From the NCBI RefSeq assembly GCF_009914755.1, contig NC_060930.1: a DNA stretch of 64,000 nt; one strand, written 5' to 3'. The stretch's first letter is position 1. Every line of letters begins with the position of its first letter. Shown here piece after piece: positions 13,401 through 26,615 of this stretch. The stretch comes from the human T2T-CHM13v2.0 reference genome, Homo sapiens. Below the pieces are notes generated by a model. That model was not told the origin of the DNA. It saw nothing but the letters and a program-made list of their open reading frames with translations, and ran no database searches. Both the position numbers and the translations under genes were made by a program.

Positions 13401-16400
13401 ATAATATGCTTGGAATATATTCCTGCATTTAAATATGTCTTTGAAAAATACACACACACACCCACACACCCCTTTATTTTATGGCTTTGACCACTGCATA
13501 GTATTATTTAGTGGTTGCCCCTCCTAAGGGATATAGTTAATTTTGTGTTTACACCATCTTGGCATTAGCCCTCTGGACTACTGTGATAATTAATGCTGTG
13601 TATTTTCCTCTTCACATAAAGGCAAATAGGAAAGAGTTGAGGGGAGGGGAAAGCAAACTTAAATTCTGTCCCTTCCCAACCTTCCTTTTCTGGTATTCAG
13701 CTCCCTTTTATTCTGAGCTGCCAGTTAGTCCTTCCTCTCCTCCCATTTAAACACCAGAATCCAACTACCTTCTGTTTTTCTAAGATTGTTAAACAGTATA
13801 TTTTTAGGTTGAAAATTCACAGATCATAGATCTCCTACGGACTTCTATATACACAGAGAGAACAAGAAGCCCACATTTATTCACCTTCATGACAAGATTT
13901 AAAATACTGTGTTCTTCTTATAATTTCCTTTGCATAGTAGATTACATTATTGCTTAGCAAATATTCACTCCCTCCCTCCATACCTTGGTCTCCAAAGGGA
14001 AAAAAAATTCTCCCCGTCCACTTGAGGTTGGAATTGGCCTTGTGACTTTTTGGTGTAATGGGATGTCAGTGAACATGACGAAGTTTAAAACATGCATATG
14101 CCTTTGGGCAGGCATTCTTGGGTTCTGGTATTCTGCCTTGCAAAGAGTTTCCCCCAGATTGCCTCAGCCTCTTCAGTCCCAGCTCCAGAATGAGCACACT
14201 GGAGCAGACATAAGCCCAAGCACAGACTTCAAAGCCAAAGCAGCCATCTCCAGAGTCTGAAACAGAGATACACCAGCTGAATCACAGATGTATGAATAAG
14301 CAGTAAGTGCTTATTTTGTGCGTCACAGAGATTTTTGCAGTCGTTTGTTATGCAACAAAAACTGATTAACAGAGAATTGGTCCTAGAAGTCTGGTGTTGC
14401 CATAATTAAAACCTAAAATATGTGGCAGTAATTCTGAGAACTGGCAAGATGGTAAGAAAATTGTTAAATGAGTTTGAGAACAATAATCTGTATAATGTAG
14501 TGGCAAAACATTTGGTAAAATTGACTCTAGCAGTAATATAGAAAAGAAAATATCTATGTACTGAATTGGCTGCATTAAGCTAGAAAGTTTTGAGGCAGTA
14601 TTTTCAAAGTGTGAAAAGTTGCCAGTAAGTATATTAGCTAAGACACTACAAGAGAACACTCCAAAAGGAACTGACCTGTTGTCAAGTAGAGTTCAGAGGA
14701 AATAGAGACAGCCTAGAGTTTATAGAGTTGAAAAACTGAACTGTTTCTAAGTCAAAGATGAAATCAAAATGTGTCTGTAACATTCCTTTTAGACCTCTGA
14801 AAGAATTAACCTGACTCTAGTAGTCCCTTCAGCTAGACCAAGGAGCTTCTACAAAGTTGATGTGGGGTTTGACAAAATCAAATGCCCTCAAATTACTAGT
14901 AAGTAAATCTAAAGAGAAATACAAATCCAGAAAGAAATTGTGGGTATAGTTTCAGGCAAATAAATTTAATTAGAAATGAATGCATAGAACACATAAATCA
15001 TTTTTGAGAGAGCTCTATTGGCAAAAGTACAAGCTGCCTAGATTAAAAGAAACTGAGATGGCAGGATGGATTAAAAAAAGACTGGTCCTAAAATATTTAG
15101 AGGCAGAAAGAGACTGAAAGCTGTCCATTCACCAATGAATGACATATTCTAAAACTTTATTAAGAAATGACCAGATTCAAAGGTTCTGGAGAGCTTGTAA
15201 GATGGCCAAATAGGAACAGATTCAGTCCGCAGCTGCCAGAAAGACCAATGCAGAAGGCGGGTGATTTCTGCATTTCCAACTGAGGTATTCAGTTCATCTC
15301 ACTGGGACTGGATAGAAAGTGGGTGGATCCCACAGAGACGGGGCAGAAGCAGGGTGGGACATCACCTCACCCAGGAAGTGCAAAGGGCCAGGGAAATCCC
15401 TCCCCTAGGCAAGGGAAGCCATGAGGGGCTGTGCTATCTGGCCCAGATACTTTGCTTTTCCCATGTTTTTTGCAAGCCACAGACCAGGAGATTCCCTTGT
15501 ATGCCTACACACCAGGACCCTGCGTTTCAAGCACAAAACTGGGCAGCTGTTCAGGCAGACACTGAGCCAGCTGCAGTTTTTTTTCAGACCCCATTGGTGC
15601 CTGGAAGCCCAGTGAGACAGAACCACTCACTCCCCTGGAAAGGGGGCTGAAGCCAGGGAGCCAAGTGATCTTGCTCCATGGGTCTCACTCCCACAGAGCC
15701 CAGCAAGCTAAGAACCAGTGGTTTGAAATTCTCACCGCCAGCATGGCAGTCTGGTCCGCCTGGGACAATAGAGCTTGGTTGGGGGAGGGGCGCCCGCCAT
15801 TATGGAGGCTTGAGTAGGCGAGTTTCCACTCACAGTGTTAACTCTGACTGTGCGGAACTTACTGCAGGGTGGCAAAGAGTCTGGGACCAGACTGCCTTTC
15901 TAGATTCCTCCTCACTGGGCAGGGCATCTCTGAAAGAAAGGCAGCCTCCCCAGTCCAGGGCATATAGAGAAAACTCCCATCTCCCTGGAACAGAGCAACT
16001 AGGGGAAGGGGAGGTGGTGGGCACAGCTTCAGCAGATTTAAGCATTTCTGCCTGACAACTCTGAAGCAAGCAGCAGATCCCCTAGCACAGCACTTGAGCT
16101 TGGCTAAGGGACAGACTACCTCCTCAAGTGGATCCCTGATCCCCATGCCTCCTGACTGGGAGACACCTCCAACAGACACCTCACACAGGACAGCTCCAGC
16201 TGGCATCAGGCAGGTAACCCACTGGGATGAAGCTTCCAGAGGAAGGAGCAGGCAGCAATCTTTGCTGTACTGCAGCCTCTGCTAGTGATACCCAGGCAAA
16301 CAGCGTCTGGAGTGAACATCCAGCAAACTCCAGCAGACCGGCAGAAGAGGGGCCAGACTGTGAGAAAGAAAACTAACAAAGAGAAAGCAACATAAACATC

Positions 16401-16478
16401 AACAAAAAAGACCCCCACTCAAAAGCCTCATCCAAAGGCCACCAGCATGTAAGATCAAATGTAGATAAATCCACTAAG

Positions 16479-17502
16479 ATGAGGAAAAACTAGCACAAAA
16501 ATGTGGAAAATTCCAAAAAACAGAATGCCTCTTCTCCTCCAAATGATTGCAACTCGTCTCCAATTAGGGCACAAAACTGGATGGAGAATTAGTTTGATGA
16601 ATTGACGGAAGTAGGCTTCAGAAGGTAGTTAATAACAAACACCTCTGAGCTAAAGGAGCATATTCTAACCCAATGCAAGAAAGCTAAGAACCTTGGAAAA
16701 AGGCCACAGGAACTGCTAACTAGAATAACCAGTTTAGAGAAGAACATAAATGACCCGATGGAGCTGAAAAACCCAGCAAAAAAACTTTATGAAGCACACA
16801 CAAGTATCAATAGCTGAATCGACTAAGCAGAAGAAAGGATATAAGAGATTGAATGTCAACTTAAAGAAATAAAGCATGAAAATAAGATTAGAGAAAAAAG
16901 AATGAAAACAAACGAACAAAGCCTCCAAGAAATATGGGACTATGTAAAAAGACCAAAGCTAAAATTGATTGGTGTACCTGAAAGTGATGGGGAGAATGGA
17001 ACCAAGGTGGAAAACACACTTCAGGATATTATCCAGGAGAACTTCCCCAACCTAGCAAGACAGGCCCACATTCAAATTCAGGAAATACAGAGAACAGCAC
17101 TAAGATTTTCCTTGAGAAGAGCAACCTGAAGACATAATCGTTAGATTCTCCAAGTTTGAAACGAAGGAAAAAATGTTAAGGTCAGCCAAAGAGAAAGGTC
17201 AGGTTATCAACAAAGGGAAGCCCATCAGACTAACAGCAGATCTCTCTGCAGAAATCCTACAAGCCAGAAGACAGTGGGGACCAATATTCAACATTCTTAA
17301 AGAAAAGAATTTTCAACCCAGAATTTCATATCCAGCCAAACTAAGCTTCATAAGTGAAGGAGAAATAAAATCCTTTACAGACAAGCAAATGCTGAGGGAT
17401 TTTCTCACCACCAGGCCTGCCTTACAAGACCTCCTGAAGGAAGCACTAAATACGGCAAGGAAAAATCGGTACCAGCCACTGCAAAAACATACCAAAATAT
17501 AA
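16479..17502 (+). pseudogene. L1 ORF1p remnant (RNA-binding/chaperone), disrupted
   Basis: ATG AGG AAA AAC TAG gives an immediate stop. Fragments include QSLQEIWDYVKRP...ENFPNLARQA and KGKPIRLTADLSAE...YPAKLSF...RPALQDLLKEAL. Confidence 0.9.
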
Positions 17503-17565
17503 AGACCAATGACACTGTGAAGAAACTGCATCAACTCATGTGCAAAATAAACAGCTAGCATCATA

Positions 17566-20500
17566 ATGACAGGATCAAATTCACAAATAACAATATTAAC
17601 TTGAAAAGTAAATGAGCTAAATGCCCCAATTAAAAGACACAGATGGCAAATTGGATAAAGAATCAAGACCCATCAGTGTGCTACATTTAGGAGACCCATC
17701 TCACATGCAAAGACACACATAGGCTCAAAATAAAGAGATGGAGGAATACTTACCAAGAAAATGAAAATTTAAAAAAAAAGCAGGGGTTGCAATCCTAGTC
17801 TCTGATAAAACAGACTTTAAACCAACAAATATCAAAAAGGCAAATAAAGGCATCACATAATAGTAAAGGGATCAATTCAACAAGAAGCACTAATTATCCT
17901 AAATATATGTGCACCCAATACAGGAGCACCCAGATTCATAAAGCAAGTTCTTAGAGACCTACAAAAAGATATAGACTCCCACACAATAATAGTGGGAGAC
18001 TTTAACACCCCACTGTCAATATTAAACAGATCAACAAGAGAGAAAATTAACAAGGATAGTCAGGACTTGAACTCAGCTCTGGACCAAGCAGACCTAATAG
18101 ACATCTACAGAATTCTTCATCCTGAATCAACAGAATATACATTATTCTCAGCAACACATAGCACTTTTTCTAAAATTGACCACACGATTGGAAGTAAAAC
18201 ACTCCTCAGCATATGCAAAAGAATGGAAATCATAACAAACAGTCTCTGAGACCACAGTGCAATCAAATTAGAACCCAGGATTAAGAAATTCACTCAAAAC
18301 TGCACAACTACATGGAAACTGAACAACCTGCTCCTGAATGACTATTGAGTAAATAACAAAATTAAGGCAGAAATAAATAAGTTCTTTAGAACCAATGAGA
18401 ACAAGGCACAATGTACCAGAATCTCTGGGACACAGTTAAGGCAGTAGGAAGAGGGAAATTTATAGCACTAAATGCCCACTTCAGAAAGCAAGAAAGATTT
18501 AAAAGTGACACCCTAACATCACAGGTAAAATAATTAGAGAAGCAAGAGCAAACAAATTCAAAAGCTACCAGAAGACAAGAAATAACTGAGATCAAATCAG
18601 AACTGAAGAAGCTAGAGACACAAAACCACCTTCAAAAAAATCAATTAATCCAGGAGCTGGTTTTTCTGGAAAGATTAACAAAAGAGATAGAACACTGGCC
18701 AGATTAATAAAGAAAAAAAGAGAGAAGAATCAAATATACAAAATAAAAAATGATAAAGGGGATATCACCAGTGATCCCACAGAAATACAAACTACCATCA
18801 GAGAATACTATAAACACCTCCACACAGATAAACTAGAAAATCTAAAAAAAATGGATAAATTCCTGGACACACACACTGCCCCAAGACTAAACCAGGAAGA
18901 AGTTGAATCCCTGAATAGACCAATAACAAGTTCTGAAATTGAGGCAGTAATTAATAGCCTACCAACCAAAAACAGCCCAAGACCAGACAGATTCACAGCT
19001 GACTTCTACCAGAGGTACAAAGAGGAGCTGGTACTATTCCTTCTGACACTATTCCAAACAATAGAAAAGGTGGGACTCTTCCCTAACTCATTTTATGAGG
19101 CCAGCATCATCCTGATACTGAAACCTGGCAGAGACACAACAAAAAAAAAAAAGAAATTTCAGGCCAATAACCCTGATGAACATCGATGTAAAAATCCTCA
19201 AGAAAATACTGGCAAACTGAATCCAGCAGCACATCAAAAAGCTTATCCACCATGATCAAGTCTGCTTCATCCATGGGATGCAAGGCTGCTTCAACATATG
19301 TAAATCAATAAACGTAATCCATCACATAGACAGAACCAATGACAAAATGACATGATTATCTCAATAGATGCAGAAAAGGCTTTTGATAAAATTCAATACC
19401 CCTTCCTGCTAAAAATACTCAATAAACTAGGTGTTGATGGAACATATCTCAAAATAATAAGAGCTATTTATGACAAACCCATAGCCAATATCATACTTAA
19501 TGGGCAAAAGGTGGAAGCATTCCCTTTGAAAACCGGCACAAGACAAGGATGCCCTCTCTCACCACTCCTATTCTACATGGTATTGGAAGTTCTGGCCAAG
19601 GCAATCAGGCAAGAGAAAGAAATAAAGATATTCAAGTAGAAAGACAGGAAGTCAAATTGTCTCTGTTTACAGATGACATGATTGTATATTTAGAAAAACC
19701 CATCATCTCAGCCCAAAAACTCCTTAAGCTGATAAACAACTTCAGCAAAGTCTCAGGATATAAAATCAGTGTTCAAAAATCACAAGCATTTCTATACACA
19801 AATAATAGACAAACAGAGAGCCAAATCATGAATGAATTCCCATTCCCAATTAATACAAAAAAAAAATCTAGGAATACAACTTACAAGGAACATGAAGGAC
19901 CTCTTCAAGGAGAATTACAAACCACTGCTCAAGAAAATAAGGGAGGACACAAACAAATGGAAAAGCATCCCATGCTCATGGATAGGAAGAATCAATATTG
20001 TGAAAATGGCCATACTGCCCAAAGTAATTTATAGATTCAATGCTATTCCCATCAAGCTACCATTGGCTTTCTTCACAGAACTAGAAAATACTACTTTAAA
20101 TTTCATATGGAAACAGAAACAAGCCTGTATAGCCAATACAATCCTAAGCAAAAAGAACAAAGCTGGAGAAATCATGCTGTCTGACTTGAAACTATACTAC
20201 AAGGCTACAGTAATCAAAACAGCATGGTACTGGTACCAAAACTGATATATAGACCAATGGAACAGAACAGAGACCTCAGAAATACCACCACACATCTACA
20301 ACCACCTGATCTTAGACAAACCGGACAAAAACAAGCAATAGGGAAAGAATTCCTTACTTAATAAATGGTGCTGGGAAAACTGGCCAACCACATGCAGAAA
20401 ACTGAAACTAGACCCCTTCCTTTCACCTTATACAAAAACTAACTCAAGATGGAGTAAAGACTTACATGTAAAACCCAAAACCATAAAAACCCTAGAAGAA

Positions 20501-21385
20501 AACCTAGGCAATACCATTCAGGACATAGACATAGGCAAAGACTTCATGAGTAAGACACCAAAAGCAATTGCAATGAAAGCCAAAATTAACAAATGGAATC
20601 TAATTAAGCTAAATATCTTTTGCACAGCAAAAGAAACTATCATCAGAGTGAAGAGGCAACCTACAGAATGGGAGAAAATTTTTGCAATCCATCCATCTGA
20701 CAAAGTTCTAATATTCAGAATCTACAAGGAACCTAAACAAAGTTAAAGAAAAAAATAACCCCATCAAAAAGTGGGAAAAGGATATGAACAGACACTTCTC
20801 AAAATAAGATATATATGCCGCCAATAAACATATGAAAAAAACTCATCATCACTGGTCATTAGAGTAATTCAAATCAAAACCAAAATGAGATACCATCTCA
20901 TGCCACTTAGAATGGCGATCATTAAAAAGTCAGGAAACAATAGATGCTGGAGAGGATGTGGAGAAATAGCAATGCTTTTACACTGTTGATGGGAATGTAA
21001 ATTAGTTCAACCATTGTGGAAGACAGCGTGGCGATTCCTCAAGGATCTAGGACCAGGAATACCATTTGACCCAGCAATTCTATTACTGAGTATATACCCA
21101 AAGAATTATAAATCATTCTACTATAAAGACACATGCACACATATGTTTATTGCAGCACTATTCACAATAGCAAACACTTGAAACCAATCCAAATGCCCAT
21201 CAGTGATAGACTGGATAAAGAAAATGTGGCACATATGCACCATGGAATACTATGCAGCCATAAAAAAGGTTGAGTTCATGTCCTTTGCAGGGACTTGAAT
21301 AAAACAGGAAACCGTCATTCTCAGCAAACTAACACAGGAACAGAAAACCAAACACCATACGTTCTCAGTCATAAGTGGGAGTTGA
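17566..21385 (+). pseudogene. L1 ORF2p remnant (APE endonuclease + reverse transcriptase), many frameshifts and stops
   Basis: Starts atgacaggatcaaattca. Motifs [30 protein letters not shown] and LFTDDMIVY (RT active-site region) appear in separate ORF fragments. Confidence 0.92.
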
Positions 21386-23538
21386 ACAATGAAAATACAT
21401 GGACACAGGGAGGGCAACATCACACACCGGGGCCTGTTGTGGGGTGGGAGGCAAGGGGAGGGAGAGCATTAGGAGAAATACTTAATGCATGCAGGGTTTA
21501 AAACCTAGATGACGAGTTGATGGATGCAGCAAACCAACATAGCACATGTATACCTATGTAATAAACTGGCACGTTCTGCACATGTATCCCAGAACTTAAG
21601 GTATAATTAAAAAAAAAAAAAGAAATTACCGAGAGAGGATGAAAAATGAAGCTGTGCTCCCACTTCCCCCCAGAAAGTGGACCCAAGAACTGTGGAAAAC
21701 TGTAAATTGGAAAACCCCTCCCAGGAAGGGAACTGGGGTGTAATCTAGGAAACTCTCCCTTACACTACAGGAGGAGAAGCTTATAAATATTTATCCAGTA
21801 GAACTTTAGAATTTGTTTGGATTGGGGAATGCCATAATCTCTCCTTTACAGATTGTAATGTAGTTATCCTGCCTCTGTTCCATCATTTTATGCTGGGTAT
21901 ATGGAGAGCAAATAACTTTTATTTTTACTTCATCAGTTTATAGCTCAAGAGGAGCAAAATCTTGATGTAAATTACAAGATACTAGACTGTAAGTTTGACG
22001 TCATGATTGAATAAGACTTTTGAATACGACCTTTTCTGTATCTTCCTTGAAAAGAGGGTATGTGATTTCTCATGAGGAAGAGAAGTAAATATTTGTGGAC
22101 AATTGGGTATACCATAAAAATTATATTTCTTTCGGAATATATTCATGCCTGACCCCCCTTTCCGCCACGGAAGGAGTGTACTTTTTGCCTAATTGATGTT
22201 GGCATAGGTGTACACTTCATTTTGGCCAATGAAATAGTAACAGATGTGATGCAAGGAAAGTTTACGTCTGTGAATTATTGTACTCTACGATCACTATGAG
22301 AGGCATTTCCTCTGGGTATCTGTTATTCCTTCACCTGGAATGAAGACACGTGGAAGAAAATTGAACCACATCTGTAACCAGGAATCAAGCTAGGTTGCAT
22401 CCACAGTCTGAAACACAGCTGCCTTGGCTGAAGTGTATATTCACAACTTAAAGCAAATCCACCCCAAAAGAATAGCAGATGCTGAACAAGAAATAAAGGT
22501 TTCTTATTGCACACCACTGAGATGTGGCTGTTTGTTATACTGAGAATCCTGACTGATACTTTTTGTCTATCTGGATTCCAGACTTGCCTAACATCTATCA
22601 TTCAAATACTTCTCTGATAATTCCCTGTGCTGAAGACACGCATTATTAATTTTTCAATAAAACTTATCTGATTTCTGGCAGAAGTATCTACCTACTCAGG
22701 TGCTGTGTTATTTTCACTGTACAGGAAAAGACAAAATAATTAATTTGCTTGTGGAGCTCCTTATATACATTTTGGCTTATTAGCATAATTATCCTTCAAT
22801 TCTCTAACCTTCTGTATCTCAAACCAAATAAAATGTTCTCAATATAATTACTAAATTTCTACACAATATATACTTCAATGAAATGCTATGTATAATATAT
22901 AAGATGAAAATCTCTAACAATGACACCTATGGTTCACTATATAGAAAACATACAAAAAGTATTTTTTGAATGTATGACTGAATGATATGATTTAATATGT
23001 TTACATTAAATAACTATAAGAACATAGAGGAGGGTATAGATCATATTCAGTGAATGTACCTTTCAGCATATTCAGTATATATTTTCTGTATTTTTATTAA
23101 AAATGTGTAATATCATAGGTCTCTACCACATACATATATAAAAACCTGAGTCAATGACTTGGAAAAAAATTTTATGGAAGAACTATAATTTTGCAAATTA
23201 TGAGTACATTTTATCCTCCTGAAAGGCTCTTAACTTTCAGTGAGGAATATGACTCTTTCATGTAAATTTGTTCTGTCGCTATACAGACCCCTAAACAATA
23301 AAGAGTAGAGTCAATGATCTATATGCTCAAATTTTTGAATGCCTGACTTTCTGAATCGGGTGGATCAGATTCATGCACATAGAGTCACAGAGACATGTCA
23401 GCTATAGATCTTTGCTCTTGACACAGTGATTGATAGATGCTAGGTTGTGTCTGTTTGAATTTTCACACAGCAGAGTCAAAGGCACTGGAGTTGCTGCATT
23501 TTAAGACATTAATGTCTACTTATATTGAATTATTGACA

Positions 23539-23930
23539 TGCAATAGGCTGAATTGTCCCCCAAAATTCATATGTGGAAGCCCTAACACCCAATATGATTG
23601 TATTTGGAGACAGGGCTCTTAGGAGGGAATTGAGATTAAATGAGGTCAAAGGATAGGATCCTAATCTACTAGGATTAGTGGCCTTAGGAAAAGAGATAGA
23701 GAAAGAGCTGCTTCTCTTCAAGCGTGTTCACTAAGGAAAGGTCATGTGAAGATATTGCATAAAGGCAGAGAGACTTGCAAGCCAAGGAAATAGGCCTCAC
23801 TAGACACTGACTCTACCACCATCTTCATCTTAGATTTACCAGCTTCCAGAATTGTAAGAAAATAAATTGTTGTTGTTTAAGCCACCCAGTCTACTGTTTA
23901 TTGCTATGGCACCCCTAATTTACTAAGGCA
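23539..23930 (+). mobile_element. MLT1B-like MaLR solo LTR
   Basis: About 390 bp. Starts tgcaataggctgaattgtcccccaaaattcatatgtggaagccctaac, contains gtatttggagacaggg and aataaattgttgttgtttaagccacccagtct, and ends actaaggca. Confidence 0.88.
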
Positions 23931-24339
23931 CTAATATGAGTAAATTATCACATGAAATTTAAAAAATAATTTTAAGTAGGTTTATTTTATTTAATATTAA
24001 TAGTTGCTATAAAAGGAAGCCTTTTTAAAAGATACCACTTCAGAAAAGGTTAAGTTAAAAATCCAAGCTTCTAAGAGATGACAATTGCCTTAGACTATTA
24101 TTTAGAATTATTTATAAACATCTGAAAATGGCAAAACCTAAGAAAGCAAGCTTGATAATATTTGTCTTATAGGAAAGCACTGTATCTGAAGATTAGAAAT
24201 GCTAGAATCCAATGCTTTTTATCCATATCAAAGGGAGATAGAATCATATTTCCCTAATGTTTCAAGTTTTTTTGAACTGTCAAAATAAGTATTTGAACTA
24301 AGTTATTGAATGACTATACCTCCTTTCCTTTGAGTTTGG

Positions 24340-24560
24340 TTTACTCAATTGGTCAAGAAGTACTTGTGAAGTGTTTACTGTGTGACGGTGTTGCTCCCAG
24401 CCCTAGGGATTCAGCAGTGAATAAGATAGGCAAAGTCCCTGCCACGTGGAGTTAACATTGTAAGGAGTTGGAGATAACAATAACCAATGAAAGAAAACTA
24501 CAGGAATATATAAATAAATAAAACAAAGAATTGTGTATGCTATAAAGAAGATAAAGTCAG
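24340..24560 (-). mobile_element. L2 3' fragment
   Basis: Contains tgtttactgtgtgacggtg...ccctagggattcagcagtgaataagataggcaaagtccctgccacgtggagttaacatt. Confidence 0.7.
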
Positions 24561-26550
24561 TGTGATGAAGCACTTTCTATCCAGTGTATAAAATAAATAA
24601 TAAAGTAGAATAATTAGAAGAAGGAGGACATGCATCTATCTAAGCAAGTGATGAAAGTGATCAAGGCTTACAGATGGTGAGTAAGTCTGACAGGGATGCC
24701 TTCAAGTTGAATAACTGGAGTGTTTTGAGAGCCAGAGTAGGTGAACTGTTGTTTAGAAGACATTGGTCACAGAACTGCTGTTTGAAACTGAGTTTTCAGA
24801 AGAGTGGCAATTAATAATAATGACATGATTAAAGGTTTGAACCACAAAGTGGGACTAGTTGTGGGTGAGAAGATTGAGAACTAGAAAATCTTCATTTTAT
24901 TTTGTTTTTGTGTAGTTTTATGATTCAGACAATGGCAGCATCAGTACCTTATCAATATCTATAGAAATAATAGCAACAAATAAGCAAAATTTCCTAAATT
25001 AATTAACAAATTCTAACCTTTAGATAATGGTGTCATTAAGCACAACCTGAAATGAAAACAGAGCAAAGCAGAATGTGAGTAATTTTGGAACAACCAACAC
25101 CAAAGAAGATAGTAAATAGTGGTAATCTAGAGTAGAGTGAATACCCAGACAACTTATGAATACAAACTAAAGGGTAATGTGGAAAAGGAAAATATGTAGG
25201 AAGGAACATGTTATTATTTAATTATTGTTTTGTGTGCATAATAAAACACTTTGTTTTGCACATATTATACAATATTTTATATAAAAGTAGTGATGAGTAG
25301 ATGCTTGGGATACTAATTATCAGGACCAAAAGAGCTGTACTATGAACATCATCTTATCCAAATTTACCATCTAGGGATGATAACTGCTACTTAAATGCCT
25401 GAGATGTAAAGTGTTGCTGTGTGTTTTGTCCTTTGAGAGTCTAAACAAGAAATGCAATGCAGAATAAAGTGACTCAAATATCACAATTGATAATTAGTGA
25501 GGTTGATTGAAATATAATAGTGGAATATAATGAATTTATGGATGAAATCTATGTGAGTTTCTAGTGATTATTTCTTAGTTGTAGATTATGAGTAATCTTT
25601 ATTTTTTCCTTATATTTCTCTCCACTTTATGATGAAATAAGCACTTATAGTGAGCATTTTTCTTATTAGTCAGCCAATAATAATAGATCTGTGTAAAACT
25701 TCAATTCCAACATACATTAGTTTATGATTTTCCCACGTGGTTGAATTCAATGAGGATTTCAATTTGTGTAGGATAAAAAATCCCAAATAAGAGGAATTTC
25801 TCAGATGCATTGCTCCAGTTCATCAATTGAATTTTTTGTTATTGTTATTTAATAAGTCAATACCCAGTGGACAACATTTTATAGGAAAAACATTTCAATA
25901 ATAAATCATTTTGCCCTAGAAATTTTGGTGCAAAGAAGATAAAACTGTGTGTGTGCATGTTCTTTTTTTCAAATGCTAAATGATGTACAAATGCTAAGTG
26001 ATGTAAAATTTGGAACTATGATAGTAAGTTAGATATAGAGTGGTTTCAATTTACCATTTCAACTTTGTTTCTAATTAGAATTCATATTCTCTGGCTCAGT
26101 ATCTCTTAACACAAACTAAAGCTTATTTGACTTCAATGTTGGCTGATGATATTGGAGGTGTGCCATTAATTTCTTTAAAGAACAAAATAAAATGGTATCT
26201 TTAGGATTCAATATGATTATAATTGAAGAAGATATCTACATTTAAACATACTGGAATTAATTTTGCCTGAGCTTAAAAATATTCATATGATCTAATACAT
26301 TTTGTAGCTTAAATATAATATGGGCTGCATTTAAAAAAATTATTATAATTGGCCATTCTCCAAAAATAATAATAATTGCAGAAAAACTTCATTGCCTTTA
26401 TGACTTCCTGATTACTTTATTCATGTCCTATTCTTAAACATTCTTTCAACTGCTAATCACTTTGTTAAGAACATTCACATTTTCTTACTTTTGAAGCTTT
26501 CTCTATTTGCAGTTTCGCCAAGAGGTTTTTAAGAAAATTATAAAAGTTAA

Positions 26551-26615
26551 GGCTGGACACAGTGGCTCACGCCTGTAATTTCAGCACTTTGTGAGGCCAA
26601 GGCCGGTGAATTTGA
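26551..26615 (+). mobile_element. Alu 5'-end fragment only (about 60 bp)
   Basis: ggctggacacagtggctcacgcctgtaatttcagcactttgtgaggccaaggccggtg, after which Alu similarity ends abruptly. Confidence 0.88.

Larger units (their letters stand above)
15188..21620 (+). mobile_element. Full-length LINE-1 (L1PA8-like), inactive
   Basis: The 5'UTR starts aagatggccaaataggaacag, followed by ORF1 and ORF2 remnants. The 3'UTR has a G-rich tract and ggagagcattaggagaaatacttaatgcatgc...ttaaaacctagatgacg, then poly-A. Approximate TSD aagaaatgacc (15162-15172) / aagaaattacc (21620-21630). Confidence 0.95.
13935..22559 (+). mobile_element. Ancient MLT1 (MLT1I/J-like) MaLR provirus: LTR about 13935-14370, internal about 14371-15173 and 21632-22110, LTR about 22113-22559, split by an L1
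   Basis: The first LTR ends gtttgttatgcaacaaaaactgattaaca and is followed by the MLT-int start gagaattggtcctagaagtctggtgttgccataa. Internal-like text resumes after the L1 tail (gtagttatcctgcctctgttccatcattttatgctggg). The second LTR contains ttttggccaatgaaat...aataaagg...ccactgagatgtggctgtttgttat...gactgatac. Confidence 0.7.

Noticed and set aside
16902-21501. ORFs with endonuclease/reverse-transcriptase motifs as a possible novel retro-system
   Set aside because: Standard L1 ORF1/ORF2 fragments broken by many stops and frameshifts.
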